Assembly (NCBI GenBank): GCA_947258385.1
Contig: CAMYII010000039.1
Span: 19,723 to 83,722 of the forward strand
Reading direction: 5' to 3'
Length of the DNA: 64,000 nt
DNA from: Acidiferrobacterales bacterium
GTDB lineage: Bacteria > Pseudomonadota > Gammaproteobacteria > Acidiferrobacterales > SZUA-150
The notes below the pieces were generated by a model, which worked only from the letters and a program-made list of their open reading frames with translations, had not been told where the DNA came from and made no database searches. A program made the position numbers and the translations under genes. This document shows, piece after piece, positions 7,071-17,016 of the stretch (position 1 is its first letter; each line of letters starts with the position of its first letter).

Positions 7071-9731
7071 TTATTCGCTGGTGAACTCGTAGCTGAAATC
7101 TCCGTCCTGAGCGATGCCGATGCGAAGTACATTCGGCATGTTTTCTTCGGCCATCCGTTGCAGGATCTCCGTCGAGATGCGTGGTAGCAGCGTCTTGTTG
7201 ACGATGTAATCGATATTGCGCGCGCCGGTTTCGACTTCCGTACAACGCTGCGCGATCTGGTCCACGACCTTGGGGTCATGTTGGAATTCGATGCGCTGGC
7301 TGTCGTAGAGCCGCTTGCCGAGCTGATTCAGTTTCAGGCCGACGATCTCTTTCATGACATCCGGCTTGATGGGGAAAAATGGCACCACTTCCATGCGCGC
7401 CAGCAGCGCGGGTTTGAAATGGTTGTTCAACACCGGACGTATGGCCTCGGTCAGGACATCGAGCTCCGGGGGGGCGTCTCCCGCCGCGATCTGCATGATG
7501 ATGTCGGAGGCAAGGTTGCTGGTGAGCACCAGGATGGTGTTCTTGAAATCGATCACCCGTCCCTCGCCGTCGGCCAGCATGCCCTTATCGAATACCTGGT
7601 AGAACAGGTTCAACACGTCAGGGTTCGCCTTCTCGACCTCATCGAGCAGGACCACGGAATACGGACGCTGGCGCACGGCCTCCGTCAACACGCCGCCCTC
7701 ACCGTAACCGACATAACCGGGCGGCGAACCGATGAGACGCGAGAGCGTGTGCTTTTCTTGAAATTCCGACATATTAACGGTCACGACAAAGCGCTCACCG
7801 CCGAACAGCAGATCGGCGATCCCGAGACCACACTCGGTCTTGCCGACGCCGCTGGGGCCAACAAACAGGAATACACCGATCGGCGTGTTGGGCGCGTTCA
7901 CGCCGGCCTTGCTGGCCCGGATACGGCGGTCGATCGCCGCGATGGCATGATCCTGGCCCTTGATCCGCTTGCTCAGGTTTTCACTGAAACTCAGGATCGT
8001 CCTGGCCTCGTCCTTGACCATGTTACCCACTGGAATACCGGTCCAGTCCGAGACTACCTTGCTGACCGAGTCCGGGCTGACCCCAACATGAATCAGCGGA
8101 TCCTCGCCCTGGATCTTCTCAAGCTCGGCTTCCGCGGCACTGAGCTCCTGGCGGATAGCTTTGGCTTCGCCTTCCGCGACAGGCTTGGCCTCCCCACCCT
8201 CTTCGCCTTGGGACTTGCCGGTGAGCTTGTTGCGCAGATCGATAATTTTCCCGGCAGCGGCGCGTTCCTCGTCCCAACGCGCCTGCAGGGTCTCTAGCTC
8301 TTTGCGGATATTTCCGATCTCCTCTTCGAGTGGCGGCACTTGCTCGCTGTCCCCACCGGTGCCGGTCTCGATATCCCGGCGTATGGCGCCAAGCTCCCGC
8401 TCCAACGTCTTGATCCTGCGTTCGCGGTCGTCGATCTGGTCCGGCTTGGCCGACAGATTGATTTTTACCCTGGCACAGGCCGTATCCAGTAGATCAACGG
8501 ATTTATCCGGCAGCTGCCGGCCGGAGAGATAACGGGCCGCGAGGTGGGCCGAAGCCCCTACCGCGCTGTCGCTGATATACACATCATGCGCCTGCTCGTA
8601 TTTTTCGCGCAGTCCACGCATGATCGTCACGGCGTCGTCAGGCGACGGTTCCTCGATCTTCACCAACTGGAAACGCCTGGCCAGCGCCGGGTCCTTTTCG
8701 AAGTACTTTTTGTATTCCGACCAGGTGGTGGCGGCGACGGTGCGCATCTCGCCCCGCGCCAATGCCGGCTTCAGCAGATTGGCCGCATCACCGCCGCCGG
8801 CGCTGCCGCCGGCACCGATCAGGGTATGGGCCTCATCGATAAAAAGAATAGTCGGCTTCGGCGAGGCCTTGATCTCCGAGATGACCGATTTCAGTCTTTG
8901 CTCGAACTCGCCTTTTACGCTGGCACCGGCCTGCAGCAGACCCAGATCCAGACCGTAGATCAGTGTGTCTTTCAGCACGTCGGGGACATCGCCTTCGACG
9001 ATCTTCAGCGCCATGCCCTCGACCACCGCCGTCTTGCCGACTCCGGCCTCGCCGACCAGGATGGGATTGTTTTTTCGTCGACGCATGAGGATATCGATCA
9101 TTTGCCGGATTTCGTGGTCACGACAGAACACCGGATCGATCTCCCCGGCCCGCGCCCGCTCGGTGAACTCGACGGTGTACTTGCCGAGCGCCGTGTCCGC
9201 TGCCGGTACCGAGGGTCCGCCGGGGACAGCTTTTTCCACTCCGATCGCCGCGGCAGCCTCCCGTGACCCTGACACGATATCGTAGAAATTCTTGCGCAGG
9301 TCGTCGGCGGAGATCGGCTCGATCTCGCTGAAGTAATCGTCAAGCCCGTAACGGCGGGGATTGAGCACCAGCGCGGCAATGAGCGCACCAGAACGGATCT
9401 CGGCCAGATTCAGTTCGACCGAGCCGAACAGCCAGCCTTCCTGGATCCACTCAATGAGCAGGTTCGAGAAAACCGGCTTGCGGGTGTTGCCGGTCTTCTC
9501 CGATTCAACCGTTCGCTGTATCGCCTTTGTCGCCCTGCTGGGATCGATCTCGTAGTGGCGCAGGATCTGATGAAAATCGCAGGCCGGGTCCTCGAGCAGC
9601 ATCAATAGCATATGTTCGATCGACACCTCGTAGCTACCCTTCGATAAACACAGCCCTGCAGCCGCCTCTAAAGACCGTGTGCAATAACTATTTAGCCGAC
9701 TTAACAGCGGTTTGAGTTCGAGAGTAATCAT
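7071..9731 (-). CDS. clpV: T6SS AAA+ ATPase ClpV (TssH)
   Basis: 886 aa with a Clp N-domain and two AAA modules (GEAGVGKTAVVEG; GPSGVGKTECG). Confidence 0.95.
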   Translation of the reverse strand: MITLELKPLLSRLNSYCTRSLEAAAGLCLSKGSYEVSIEHMLLMLLEDPACDFHQILRHYEIDPSRATKAIQRTVESEKTGNTRKPVFSNLLIEWIQEGWLFGSVELNLAEIRSGALIAALVLNPRRYGLDDYFSEIEPISADDLRKNFYDIVSGSREAAAAIGVEKAVPGGPSVPAADTALGKYTVEFTERARAGEIDPVFCRDHEIRQMIDILMRRRKNNPILVGEAGVGKTAVVEGMALKIVEGDVPDVLKDTLIYGLDLGLLQAGASVKGEFEQRLKSVISEIKASPKPTILFIDEAHTLIGAGGSAGGGDAANLLKPALARGEMRTVAATTWSEYKKYFEKDPALARRFQLVKIEEPSPDDAVTIMRGLREKYEQAHDVYISDSAVGASAHLAARYLSGRQLPDKSVDLLDTACARVKINLSAKPDQIDDRERRIKTLERELGAIRRDIETGTGGDSEQVPPLEEEIGNIRKELETLQARWDEERAAAGKIIDLRNKLTGKSQGEEGGEAKPVAEGEAKAIRQELSAAEAELEKIQGEDPLIHVGVSPDSVSKVVSDWTGIPVGNMVKDEARTILSFSENLSKRIKGQDHAIAAIDRRIRASKAGVNAPNTPIGVFLFVGPSGVGKTECGLGIADLLFGGERFVVTVNMSEFQEKHTLSRLIGSPPGYVGYGEGGVLTEAVRQRPYSVVLLDEVEKANPDVLNLFYQVFDKGMLADGEGRVIDFKNTILVLTSNLASDIIMQIAAGDAPPELDVLTEAIRPVLNNHFKPALLARMEVVPFFPIKPDVMKEIVGLKLNQLGKRLYDSQRIEFQHDPKVVDQIAQRCTEVETGARNIDYIVNKTLLPRISTEILQRMAEENMPNVLRIGIAQDGDFSYEFTSE

Positions 9732-9799
9732 AGCCTTGTCTTCTTGTCCATTAGGTCAAAATCAGAATAATTATCAGTCCTTGCTAGCAAAGCTGATTG

Positions 9800-10849
9800 T
9801 CAGCGCGACTCATGTGCCCCCCATGATTCCTCCAGCCGGCCCCGTTGCCGGATGGTGATATCACGGTCCGGACGCCTGCCCAGCCAGGTGGATCGTCCCA
9901 GGTGGCAGGTGTTGTCACGCGAGAGCATGAATGGCGGAACATCCCGTGCCATCAGCGTCAGCTCGATATCAAACTCCAGCGGGTCACTGACGATGAACAT
10001 CACCAACTCGCGGAGACATCTATAGTTCTTTCCATGCGGCAGAAACGCCTCGTAAACGGTGTACCGGAGCGGCCCAAGGCGAACACTGAATTTTCCGTTG
10101 CGATCACGTATCGTCTGACCCAAAACGGCGTCAACACCCAAGGTGACATTCATACGGCCTAGCAAATTACAGTCCGCACGATCGATCATGGCCTTATACT
10201 CGACATATTGCCGTACGCTGACAGGGCAGCCACCGAAATAATACGAGACAATACTGCTCAGAACCTGCGCGGAACGAATGCGCATGCCCAGCAAGCCGAT
10301 GTAGGGAACCAGCCTCGACCAGTCGACACTGCTTTTTGCCCGGATCATCGGGTTACCGAGGCCTGTGAGCGCAAACATCCATTGCGAAAACTGGTCCGTT
10401 GCACCGGGCAAATACTGCGCGTAATAACGGTACTTCGCCCAGGTCCGGTAGAAGAACGACACAAAACGATGATTAAACAGATCCAAAAAATGACGAACAC
10501 CGGAATCCTCACCGCCGGCATACAGTATGTCTTCCGTATAATGGTCAGGCAACGGCGAGGAAGGCCCGTACATGCCGAGAAAATTCACGGTCATCAAGAA
10601 CTCCGGGTACCCTTTGACTTTCGTTTCGCGCCGTTCGACCGATTCAATGTCCCTGGCAGCAAACGCGAGACTCGCGTTCGCGCGAAACAAGACCGGCGCT
10701 TGACTGACAGATCCCCTGCCGCCGATTGGTCCGCTGGCCGCGCTGACGCGCTCCAGCAGCCTTACCGCCTGGAAAAAAGAAAAAGGCTTGCTGTTATTCA
10801 GCAGGTCCTTAACTAAAGCAGCGGCTGTTGGCCTATCCTCGGTTTCCAT
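9800..10849 (-). CDS. tssG: T6SS baseplate protein TssG
   Basis: 349 aa with an N-terminal FSFFQAVRLLE motif typical of TssG/ImpH. It follows tssF with a short overlap. Confidence 0.9.
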   Translation of the reverse strand: METEDRPTAAALVKDLLNNSKPFSFFQAVRLLERVSAASGPIGGRGSVSQAPVLFRANASLAFAARDIESVERRETKVKGYPEFLMTVNFLGMYGPSSPLPDHYTEDILYAGGEDSGVRHFLDLFNHRFVSFFYRTWAKYRYYAQYLPGATDQFSQWMFALTGLGNPMIRAKSSVDWSRLVPYIGLLGMRIRSAQVLSSIVSYYFGGCPVSVRQYVEYKAMIDRADCNLLGRMNVTLGVDAVLGQTIRDRNGKFSVRLGPLRYTVYEAFLPHGKNYRCLRELVMFIVSDPLEFDIELTLMARDVPPFMLSRDNTCHLGRSTWLGRRPDRDITIRQRGRLEESWGAHESR

Positions 10850-12576
10850 TGGTATTCATCACCGCGATCAAGGTCTCGCACGACGAGCTGGATAAAGGAG
10901 TTCACGCTCGCGTATAATGAAAAAAATTGGTTAAGTATTGTCGCAAATAAGTACATTTCCCCTTCGCTGGAAAAACTCCCGCTTTTCATGCTGAGGAAAA
11001 TCTTATACCCACGCACGGGCAGCCCTTTGAACATCATGGTCGTGGGTTCCAGCTTGATACCGCTTAAGCCTTCCATCCTCAGCTCGTGCGCTCTCTGCGC
11101 CTGCCTGTCGTAGAAGGCCGGGAAGTTATAGGTCGACAACACGACCCTCAAGGCCTGCACATCGGCCAGCGACAGATAATTCAACGACATATTCGAGATA
11201 AGCTGCCAGTGCAAGTCGCTTTCCAGTGGTGGCGGCGTTGAAGCCGTTACCAGTAAAACGTTTTTGAATTCGGCGAACTCCGGTGATGATCCTGTCTGGA
11301 CCGAAATGTCGCCGATCCGCAATTTCTCGGGCAAACGATTGTTGGTGCAGGTCAGCTCGGCAGATACCGTCACGACCTGTGGGGCAACGCCCTTCTCGCC
11401 ATGGGATTCGAATGACAAGAAGGTATCAACATTCATTCCGACCACGGATGGTCGCAGTCTTATTCTGTAATAGTTGTAGCCATCATCCATGGTACTGGTG
11501 GCATGATCAAAGGACGCAAATGGAGCATAGAGCACTTTTTTTCTGTCGCCATACGCCCATCCTTCGACACGATCAATAGAATAAATCTCAAAATGCGAAG
11601 GTTCCGATGCAGAGGGCCTGACGCGGTATTCGTCCTTGTTGTGCTCAATGCGGATCGGATCGGCATCCTTGGCAAAGAGATTCACAATGGGAGTGCAATA
11701 AAGCAGTATGCTGCTATTCGTCAACCTTACATGATCTTCGATGCGGCGATTGAATTCAAAGGTGATTGCAAACTTGTTCTCGATCGGTAGCCGCGCGATG
11801 GAACCAAGATCAGTCAATTCCAGAAACAGGAATTTTTGCGGTAAGTTGAAATATTCCTGCAGCAGGCGATAGCCGATAAAGGCATTGGGAGGATATGGAA
11901 CGAGCTCCTCATCATCGGCGAAGCCGACGGCGTGCACGGCGTCGGGCGGTAATGTTAATTTGCCACCGCTACCCGCCTTTCTTGATCCCTCGATGGTGAT
12001 CCCAGCCAGATGCCGGAAGAAAAACGAATAGAGTGTAAAACAGGTCTGCAAATCCCCGTTAAGAAAAAAGCGCAAGCTCGCCATATCGATTTTGTCGATG
12101 GATGCACCTTCGTGCAACTGAAACTTTATTTTGAGCTGCGTCGTGGGCCCGGTCCTTTTCAGCCCAATGCCAGTAATCGACAGTGGATAGATATCGACGT
12201 CGTAACAGGTCCGGAAACGGCACGGCGTGCCATCAACCGGTTTTGAGTCGACCTCCACACCACGGGTGACGGTCTGTTTCTCAGTGACCGCGCCGGGCAA
12301 TGGTGTCAACTGAAGAACGGACGCCGAGGGAATGGGGCGCAGCAGGTTCGGCCATAACAAGGCATGCAGGCCGTGCGTGAGCTCAGGCAGTTGGTCGTCC
12401 AGCTTCTGCCGGATGCGGCCGGCGATAAAGGCAAAACCTTCCATTAGCCTTTCGACATCCGGATCGTTACCCTTGTCTGTCAGGAAAGGCGCCAGCTTGG
12501 GATAGGCGCGCGAGAAGACCTCTCCCATTTCACGCAGATAGGCCAGCTCTTCCTGATAGTATTCGTTAAATGGCAA
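10813..12576 (-). CDS. tssF: T6SS baseplate protein TssF
   Basis: TssF/ImpG-like N-terminus (FNEYYQEELAYLREMGEVFSRAYPKLAPFL). The probable start is TTG 12576, 5 nt after the tssE stop with AGGA upstream. The track start at 12633 would overlap tssE by 52 nt. Confidence 0.9.
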   Translation of the reverse strand: MPFNEYYQEELAYLREMGEVFSRAYPKLAPFLTDKGNDPDVERLMEGFAFIAGRIRQKLDDQLPELTHGLHALLWPNLLRPIPSASVLQLTPLPGAVTEKQTVTRGVEVDSKPVDGTPCRFRTCYDVDIYPLSITGIGLKRTGPTTQLKIKFQLHEGASIDKIDMASLRFFLNGDLQTCFTLYSFFFRHLAGITIEGSRKAGSGGKLTLPPDAVHAVGFADDEELVPYPPNAFIGYRLLQEYFNLPQKFLFLELTDLGSIARLPIENKFAITFEFNRRIEDHVRLTNSSILLYCTPIVNLFAKDADPIRIEHNKDEYRVRPSASEPSHFEIYSIDRVEGWAYGDRKKVLYAPFASFDHATSTMDDGYNYYRIRLRPSVVGMNVDTFLSFESHGEKGVAPQVVTVSAELTCTNNRLPEKLRIGDISVQTGSSPEFAEFKNVLLVTASTPPPLESDLHWQLISNMSLNYLSLADVQALRVVLSTYNFPAFYDRQAQRAHELRMEGLSGIKLEPTTMMFKGLPVRGYKIFLSMKSGSFSSEGEMYLFATILNQFFSLYASVNSFIQLVVRDLDRGDEYQWKPRIGQQPLL

Positions 12577-12581
12577 CGGTC

Positions 12582-12998
12582 CTATCCTCGGATGGATGCC
12601 TTTCCGGCCGAGTCCAGCGTGGTCTGAAACCACACGTTTCCCTTGGCCCCATCGACCACTAGCTGTGCCGTGATATCATAATGCAAATCCAGCGGACTCT
12701 CCGGATTGGGGGCATAATCGACTTTCACATTGCATAGTCGAGGCTCGTACTTTTCGATACAGGTCTTTATCGCTTTTCGCAGCTCGAGAATGGCGTCGGG
12801 AAATCGCATGGCGAGGTCATTGAAATCAGGCAATCCGTAATCGGGCAGCGCGGGCACGCTTCCGTGCCTGACATTCAACATCTTTCGCATGTGCTCGAGC
12901 ACGGAATCGACAAGCTTGTCTTCGTTGAGTTTCAGCTTGTACCCGCCCGCGCCCTCGGGCCGGGCAATTCTTTCGAGCAGACTCTGTTCGAATGCCAT
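12582..12998 (-). CDS. tssE: T6SS baseplate protein TssE (gp25-like)
   Basis: 138 aa from ATG 12998, with GGGAGG 12 nt upstream. The sequence LNVRHGSVPALPDYGLPDF fits the GPW/gp25 family. The track ORF extends to a GTG at 13064 with no SD. Confidence 0.85.
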   Translation of the reverse strand: MAFEQSLLERIARPEGAGGYKLKLNEDKLVDSVLEHMRKMLNVRHGSVPALPDYGLPDFNDLAMRFPDAILELRKAIKTCIEKYEPRLCNVKVDYAPNPESPLDLHYDITAQLVVDGAKGNVWFQTTLDSAGKASIRG

Positions 12999-13278
12999 AA
13001 GCGCTGTGGACCTCCCAGTTACAGTTGACGGCGAATCATGCCTCTGCCCACGCAAAACCGCCACGCCCCTCAGTGCGACGATGTCGCGAAGCCAACCAGC
13101 TATGCCGTTCTGGTCAGCGCAAGTACATCTGCGATTATCTCACGGAGCTAACACACCCTTATTCCGCATCGTTTGCGGTTGAATTCTTATCGATTGGGCA
13201 GACGTCATCCCTTCATCGTTATTTTATCCAACAAAAGGCCCGCGATCTCAAACCCCTGCCCGAGAGATCAACAGATCC

Positions 13279-14766
13279 TTACGCCTTGTCTAACTTCCCT
13301 TTTAGCGAGAGCGTAAAATTCGCACCCATGTACTTGAAATGGGGTACGAGGTCGAGCGACACAGTATACCACCCGGCATCCTCGGCTTCGGAAACGGTAA
13401 TCTGCGCCTGCCTCAGCGGCCGGCGACTACGTACGGACGCCGGCGGATTCTCTTGATCGGAGACATACTGACGTAACCAGTTTCCGAGCTCCTTTTCCAG
13501 GTCGGACTTGCTTTTCCAGCTGCCGATCTGCTCGCGCTGCAGCACCTTGATGTAATGCGCGAGCCGGGTAATGATGAACAAATACGGAAGCTGAGTACCG
13601 AGGCTATAGTTCACCGCCGCTTCCTTGCCTTCCGCGGTACCGCCAAAGTTCTTGGGTTTCTGCACGGAATTGGCCGAGAAAAAGGCCGCGTTATCACTGC
13701 CCTTTCTCATGGTTAATGCAATAAAGCCCTCCTCAGCGAGCTCGAACTCCTTACGATCCGATACCAGCGCCTCGGTCGGAATCTTGGTCTCGATCTCACC
13801 CATCGACTCGTACTGGTGCAACGGCAGGTCTTCCACCGCGCCACCGCTCTGCGGACCGATGATGTTCGGGCACCAACGGTACTTGGCGAAGCTGTCGGTC
13901 AGCCGCGTTGCGAACGCGAAGGCGGTGTTGCCCCACAGGTAGTCATCGTGGGAACCATGAACGTCTTCCTCGTAATCGAAGGCCTTGACCGGGTTGGAAT
14001 CCTTGCCATAGGGGACACGCAGCAGGAAGCGCGGCACGGTCAGCGCAATATAGCGCGAGTCTTCGGATTCACGGAAGGAATTCCATTTGGCATAGCGCGG
14101 GCCCTCGAAGATCGATTTCAGATCCTTGAGATTGGGCAGCTCCTCAAAGGATTCGACGCCGAAAAAGCTGGGACCCGCCGCGGTCACGAAAGGCGCGTGC
14201 GCCATGGTGGCGACGCTGGCGACGTTCTGCAGCAGCTTGATATCCTGCGCCGACGGGCTGAAGTCAAAATTGCCAATCATGGCGCCGACCGGTTTGCCAC
14301 CGAATTGGCCGTATTCGGCGGTATAAACGTGCTTATACAGCCCCGAGAGGGTGATCTCCGGATTATCGGTGAAGTCATCTTCCAGACCTTCCTTGGAGAC
14401 ATTGAGCATACCGACCTCGATGTTCTCCCTGAAATTCGTGCGGTCGACGACGAGTTTCAGGCCACGCCAGGCCGATTCCAGCTGCTGGAACTTGGGATTG
14501 TGCATGATCGCGTCCAGCTGCTTGCTCAGCTTCTGATCAATCTCGGCGATCACCTGGTCGACCAAGGCCTTTTCGACCCGCTCCTCATAACGGGAGGACT
14601 TGATAATTTCCGAGAGGAAGAGCTCGACACCCTTTTTCGCTACCTCATAGGACTCGTCCTGGGGCTTGATCTTGGTCTCCTGCATGATCTGGTCCAGAAG
14701 CGAGACCTCTTCGGCTTGTGCTTCGGCAGCGGCATTGCCTTCCTGCTTTTCTTCGGCATCTGCCAT
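13279..14766 (-). CDS. tssC: T6SS contractile sheath large subunit TssC (VipB)
   Basis: 495 aa, VipB/TssC family in length and sequence character, immediately downstream of tssB. Confidence 0.95.
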   Translation of the reverse strand: MADAEEKQEGNAAAEAQAEEVSLLDQIMQETKIKPQDESYEVAKKGVELFLSEIIKSSRYEERVEKALVDQVIAEIDQKLSKQLDAIMHNPKFQQLESAWRGLKLVVDRTNFRENIEVGMLNVSKEGLEDDFTDNPEITLSGLYKHVYTAEYGQFGGKPVGAMIGNFDFSPSAQDIKLLQNVASVATMAHAPFVTAAGPSFFGVESFEELPNLKDLKSIFEGPRYAKWNSFRESEDSRYIALTVPRFLLRVPYGKDSNPVKAFDYEEDVHGSHDDYLWGNTAFAFATRLTDSFAKYRWCPNIIGPQSGGAVEDLPLHQYESMGEIETKIPTEALVSDRKEFELAEEGFIALTMRKGSDNAAFFSANSVQKPKNFGGTAEGKEAAVNYSLGTQLPYLFIITRLAHYIKVLQREQIGSWKSKSDLEKELGNWLRQYVSDQENPPASVRSRRPLRQAQITVSEAEDAGWYTVSLDLVPHFKYMGANFTLSLKGKLDKA

Positions 14767-14836
14767 GGTATTGCCTCCTTTACTCGGTTAACTACGATAG
14801 ACCCGCGGATTCGTTGGTCGCTGGACGCCCGACACC

Positions 14837-15373
14837 TTATTCGCCCGGCTCTTCTTTGCCCTCTTCGGCCGTTTCGGCACCCTCGGCACCGCCCTCTTTT
14901 GCCTGCAGCTCCTGCAACAGTTTTTCCCGTGTGGCCTCGTCGGTAATCAGGGACTGAATGCGCTTGCGGAAGCTGGGTACATTACCCAGGGGCCCCTTGA
15001 GCGTGGTCAGCGCCTCCCTCAGCTCCAGCAGCTTCTGCAATTCCGGAACCTGTTGCGCCACCCCCTGCGGTTCGAAGTCCTTGAGCGCGTTAAACTTGAG
15101 GTTGACGGGGATTTCACCGCCTTCCTCGGCGAGCTTGTTCTCCGCGGTGATGGAGACATTGAGCTTCTGACCACGAAGCACGTCATCGAAATTGTTCTTA
15201 TCGATGCTGACCACTTTGCGGTCTTCCAGCGCGGTTTCGTCTTCCTGAAGCGTGAAATCGCCCAGCATCAGCACCTTGAGAGGAAGCTCGATCTCCTCCT
15301 GCGCGTCACCGGTCGCGGGTTTGTAGACGATATTGATTCTCTCTTTCGGTGCCACCGAGCTTTCTTTGGCCAT
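14837..15373 (-). CDS. tssB: T6SS contractile sheath small subunit TssB (VipA)
   Basis: 178 aa. KERINIVYKPATGDAQEEIELPLKVLMLGDF is the canonical TssB N-terminal pattern. Confidence 0.95.
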   Translation of the reverse strand: MAKESSVAPKERINIVYKPATGDAQEEIELPLKVLMLGDFTLQEDETALEDRKVVSIDKNNFDDVLRGQKLNVSITAENKLAEEGGEIPVNLKFNALKDFEPQGVAQQVPELQKLLELREALTTLKGPLGNVPSFRKRIQSLITDEATREKLLQELQAKEGGAEGAETAEEGKEEPGE

Positions 15374-15393
15374 TGCTCACTCCTTATTTCTGC

Positions 15394-17004
15394 TCACAGG
15401 TTTCCGGTGCCCATTGTTGGTGTTGTTGTGCCTTTCTGCCATGCCTTATTCCCTATCTGCAATGCGGTATTTAGATCCATCCTACACAGGCGTCCGTAGA
15501 GCGCTTCCGCCTTGTCGGCCACGGCGGCAACCGGTTTTTGCTTTTTTTCTAGTAACTTAACGTAGCATAGCAGCAAAAACTGGGCAACTTCTATACACAA
15601 CGCCGGTTCCCAGTTCTCCAACCCCAATTCATTGGTGGCGCGCTCATCGAGGAACTCCAGCAGCGGCAACGCCAGGTCGACGTGGCCGCACTCGTAACAG
15701 AACCTGGCCTGCCCCAGGCGGAAGTAAAAACCGTCCCTTCCGGACTGGCAATGCTTGATCCCCTCCTGGAATAAGGTGAGCCCCTCGCTGAAACGGCCCT
15801 TTGTCGCCAGCAGCTTGGCGTCTTTCATGACCTGATCCCACAGCGGAAACCCGCCGCTGCCTGTGTCCACCGCCGCTTGCGACTCGTCCGCGGCCGGCAG
15901 CACCTCCTGGTCGATCCACAGGCGCGTGGCGTCGCCCGCGAACGCTGTGCCGTCGGCATATTTCAGGTTTGGCAGATCCGGAAATCGCCGCAGAAAAGCG
16001 GCAAGCTCGTCGATCACCGTCTTTCTGGCCGGGCTGTATTCCTCGCCCAGGGCCTCCATCGCGGCGACGACATACCGATGTCCATCAAGCCAGAAAGGCG
16101 ACTGCGCCAGGGTGTTCTCCGCTTCGGTGATCAGCGTTGTGTACTCGCCGTTGGCGAGATCATCGTCATATTTCTTTATGCGTTCCGCCGAGATCGGATT
16201 GAGCTGGGTGACACCGTCCTGGTGAGGCGGCGGCGCCACGACCATTACCCAGGTGGCCAGCCGGTTCAGACGGTAGGGCGACGGGTCCGTGGGCGACTTG
16301 TCCCGTTGAAATGCCACAATCTTCTTCAGGATATTCTGACAGGCCCGCAATCCCTTGGGGATATCACTGTCAGATTCGATGGCGAGCTCGGCCGGCGCCG
16401 CTTTGGCGGCCGCCGCCTGCGCGGCCTGGGCGTCCTTCTGGCGCCGGCCCGCGTCGATCTCATCGAGGAAGCCTTTCACGGCCCTGCTCAACCCGGCGAG
16501 ACGGGGGGCGTTGTCGCCCAGTTTTTCGTCAAGCGCGGCGCTCAGCTCGTCGATGCCGCTCACCGCCGCGCTAAGCGCCTGCTCATCGGCCTCGCTTGGC
16601 TTGCACTTGGCGATCGACTTGTCGAACCGCTCAAACATCCACGTGGCGGCGGCGGCTCGACCGCGGAGCCGCTTTTTTTCGGGGAACATGGTGTCCCAGA
16701 AACCCGCGATGAGCCCGTTGTAAAGCGCCACCGCGGCCGCGATGCCCGCGCAACCATGCAACTCGAACAGGCCGTAGCCGAGATAACTGGCAACGAGCAT
16801 GTCTTTGGATTTGCCGGACAGGATCTCGGTGGCCAGGTTGACGACACGTTCCCAGTCCACGGCCTGCGGCGTGATCGCGGAAAGCTTGGCAATCTCCGCT
16901 TCGATCGCCTCGAATTCCGGCTCATAGCGGCAAGAGACACCGCCGGGTTGATCCCCCGCCAGCGGCTGCAAGAGCTTCTCAATATCAACGACTGGATCCG
17001 ACAT
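15394..17004 (-). CDS. tssA: T6SS protein TssA (ImpA_N family, long form)
   Basis: 536 aa with an ImpA N-terminal motif region (GVSCRYEPEFEAIEAEIAKL...DWERVVNLATEIL). Confidence 0.85.
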   Translation of the reverse strand: MSDPVVDIEKLLQPLAGDQPGGVSCRYEPEFEAIEAEIAKLSAITPQAVDWERVVNLATEILSGKSKDMLVASYLGYGLFELHGCAGIAAAVALYNGLIAGFWDTMFPEKKRLRGRAAAATWMFERFDKSIAKCKPSEADEQALSAAVSGIDELSAALDEKLGDNAPRLAGLSRAVKGFLDEIDAGRRQKDAQAAQAAAAKAAPAELAIESDSDIPKGLRACQNILKKIVAFQRDKSPTDPSPYRLNRLATWVMVVAPPPHQDGVTQLNPISAERIKKYDDDLANGEYTTLITEAENTLAQSPFWLDGHRYVVAAMEALGEEYSPARKTVIDELAAFLRRFPDLPNLKYADGTAFAGDATRLWIDQEVLPAADESQAAVDTGSGGFPLWDQVMKDAKLLATKGRFSEGLTLFQEGIKHCQSGRDGFYFRLGQARFCYECGHVDLALPLLEFLDERATNELGLENWEPALCIEVAQFLLLCYVKLLEKKQKPVAAVADKAEALYGRLCRMDLNTALQIGNKAWQKGTTTPTMGTGNL

Positions 17005-17016
17005 CCTGCTTACGCC

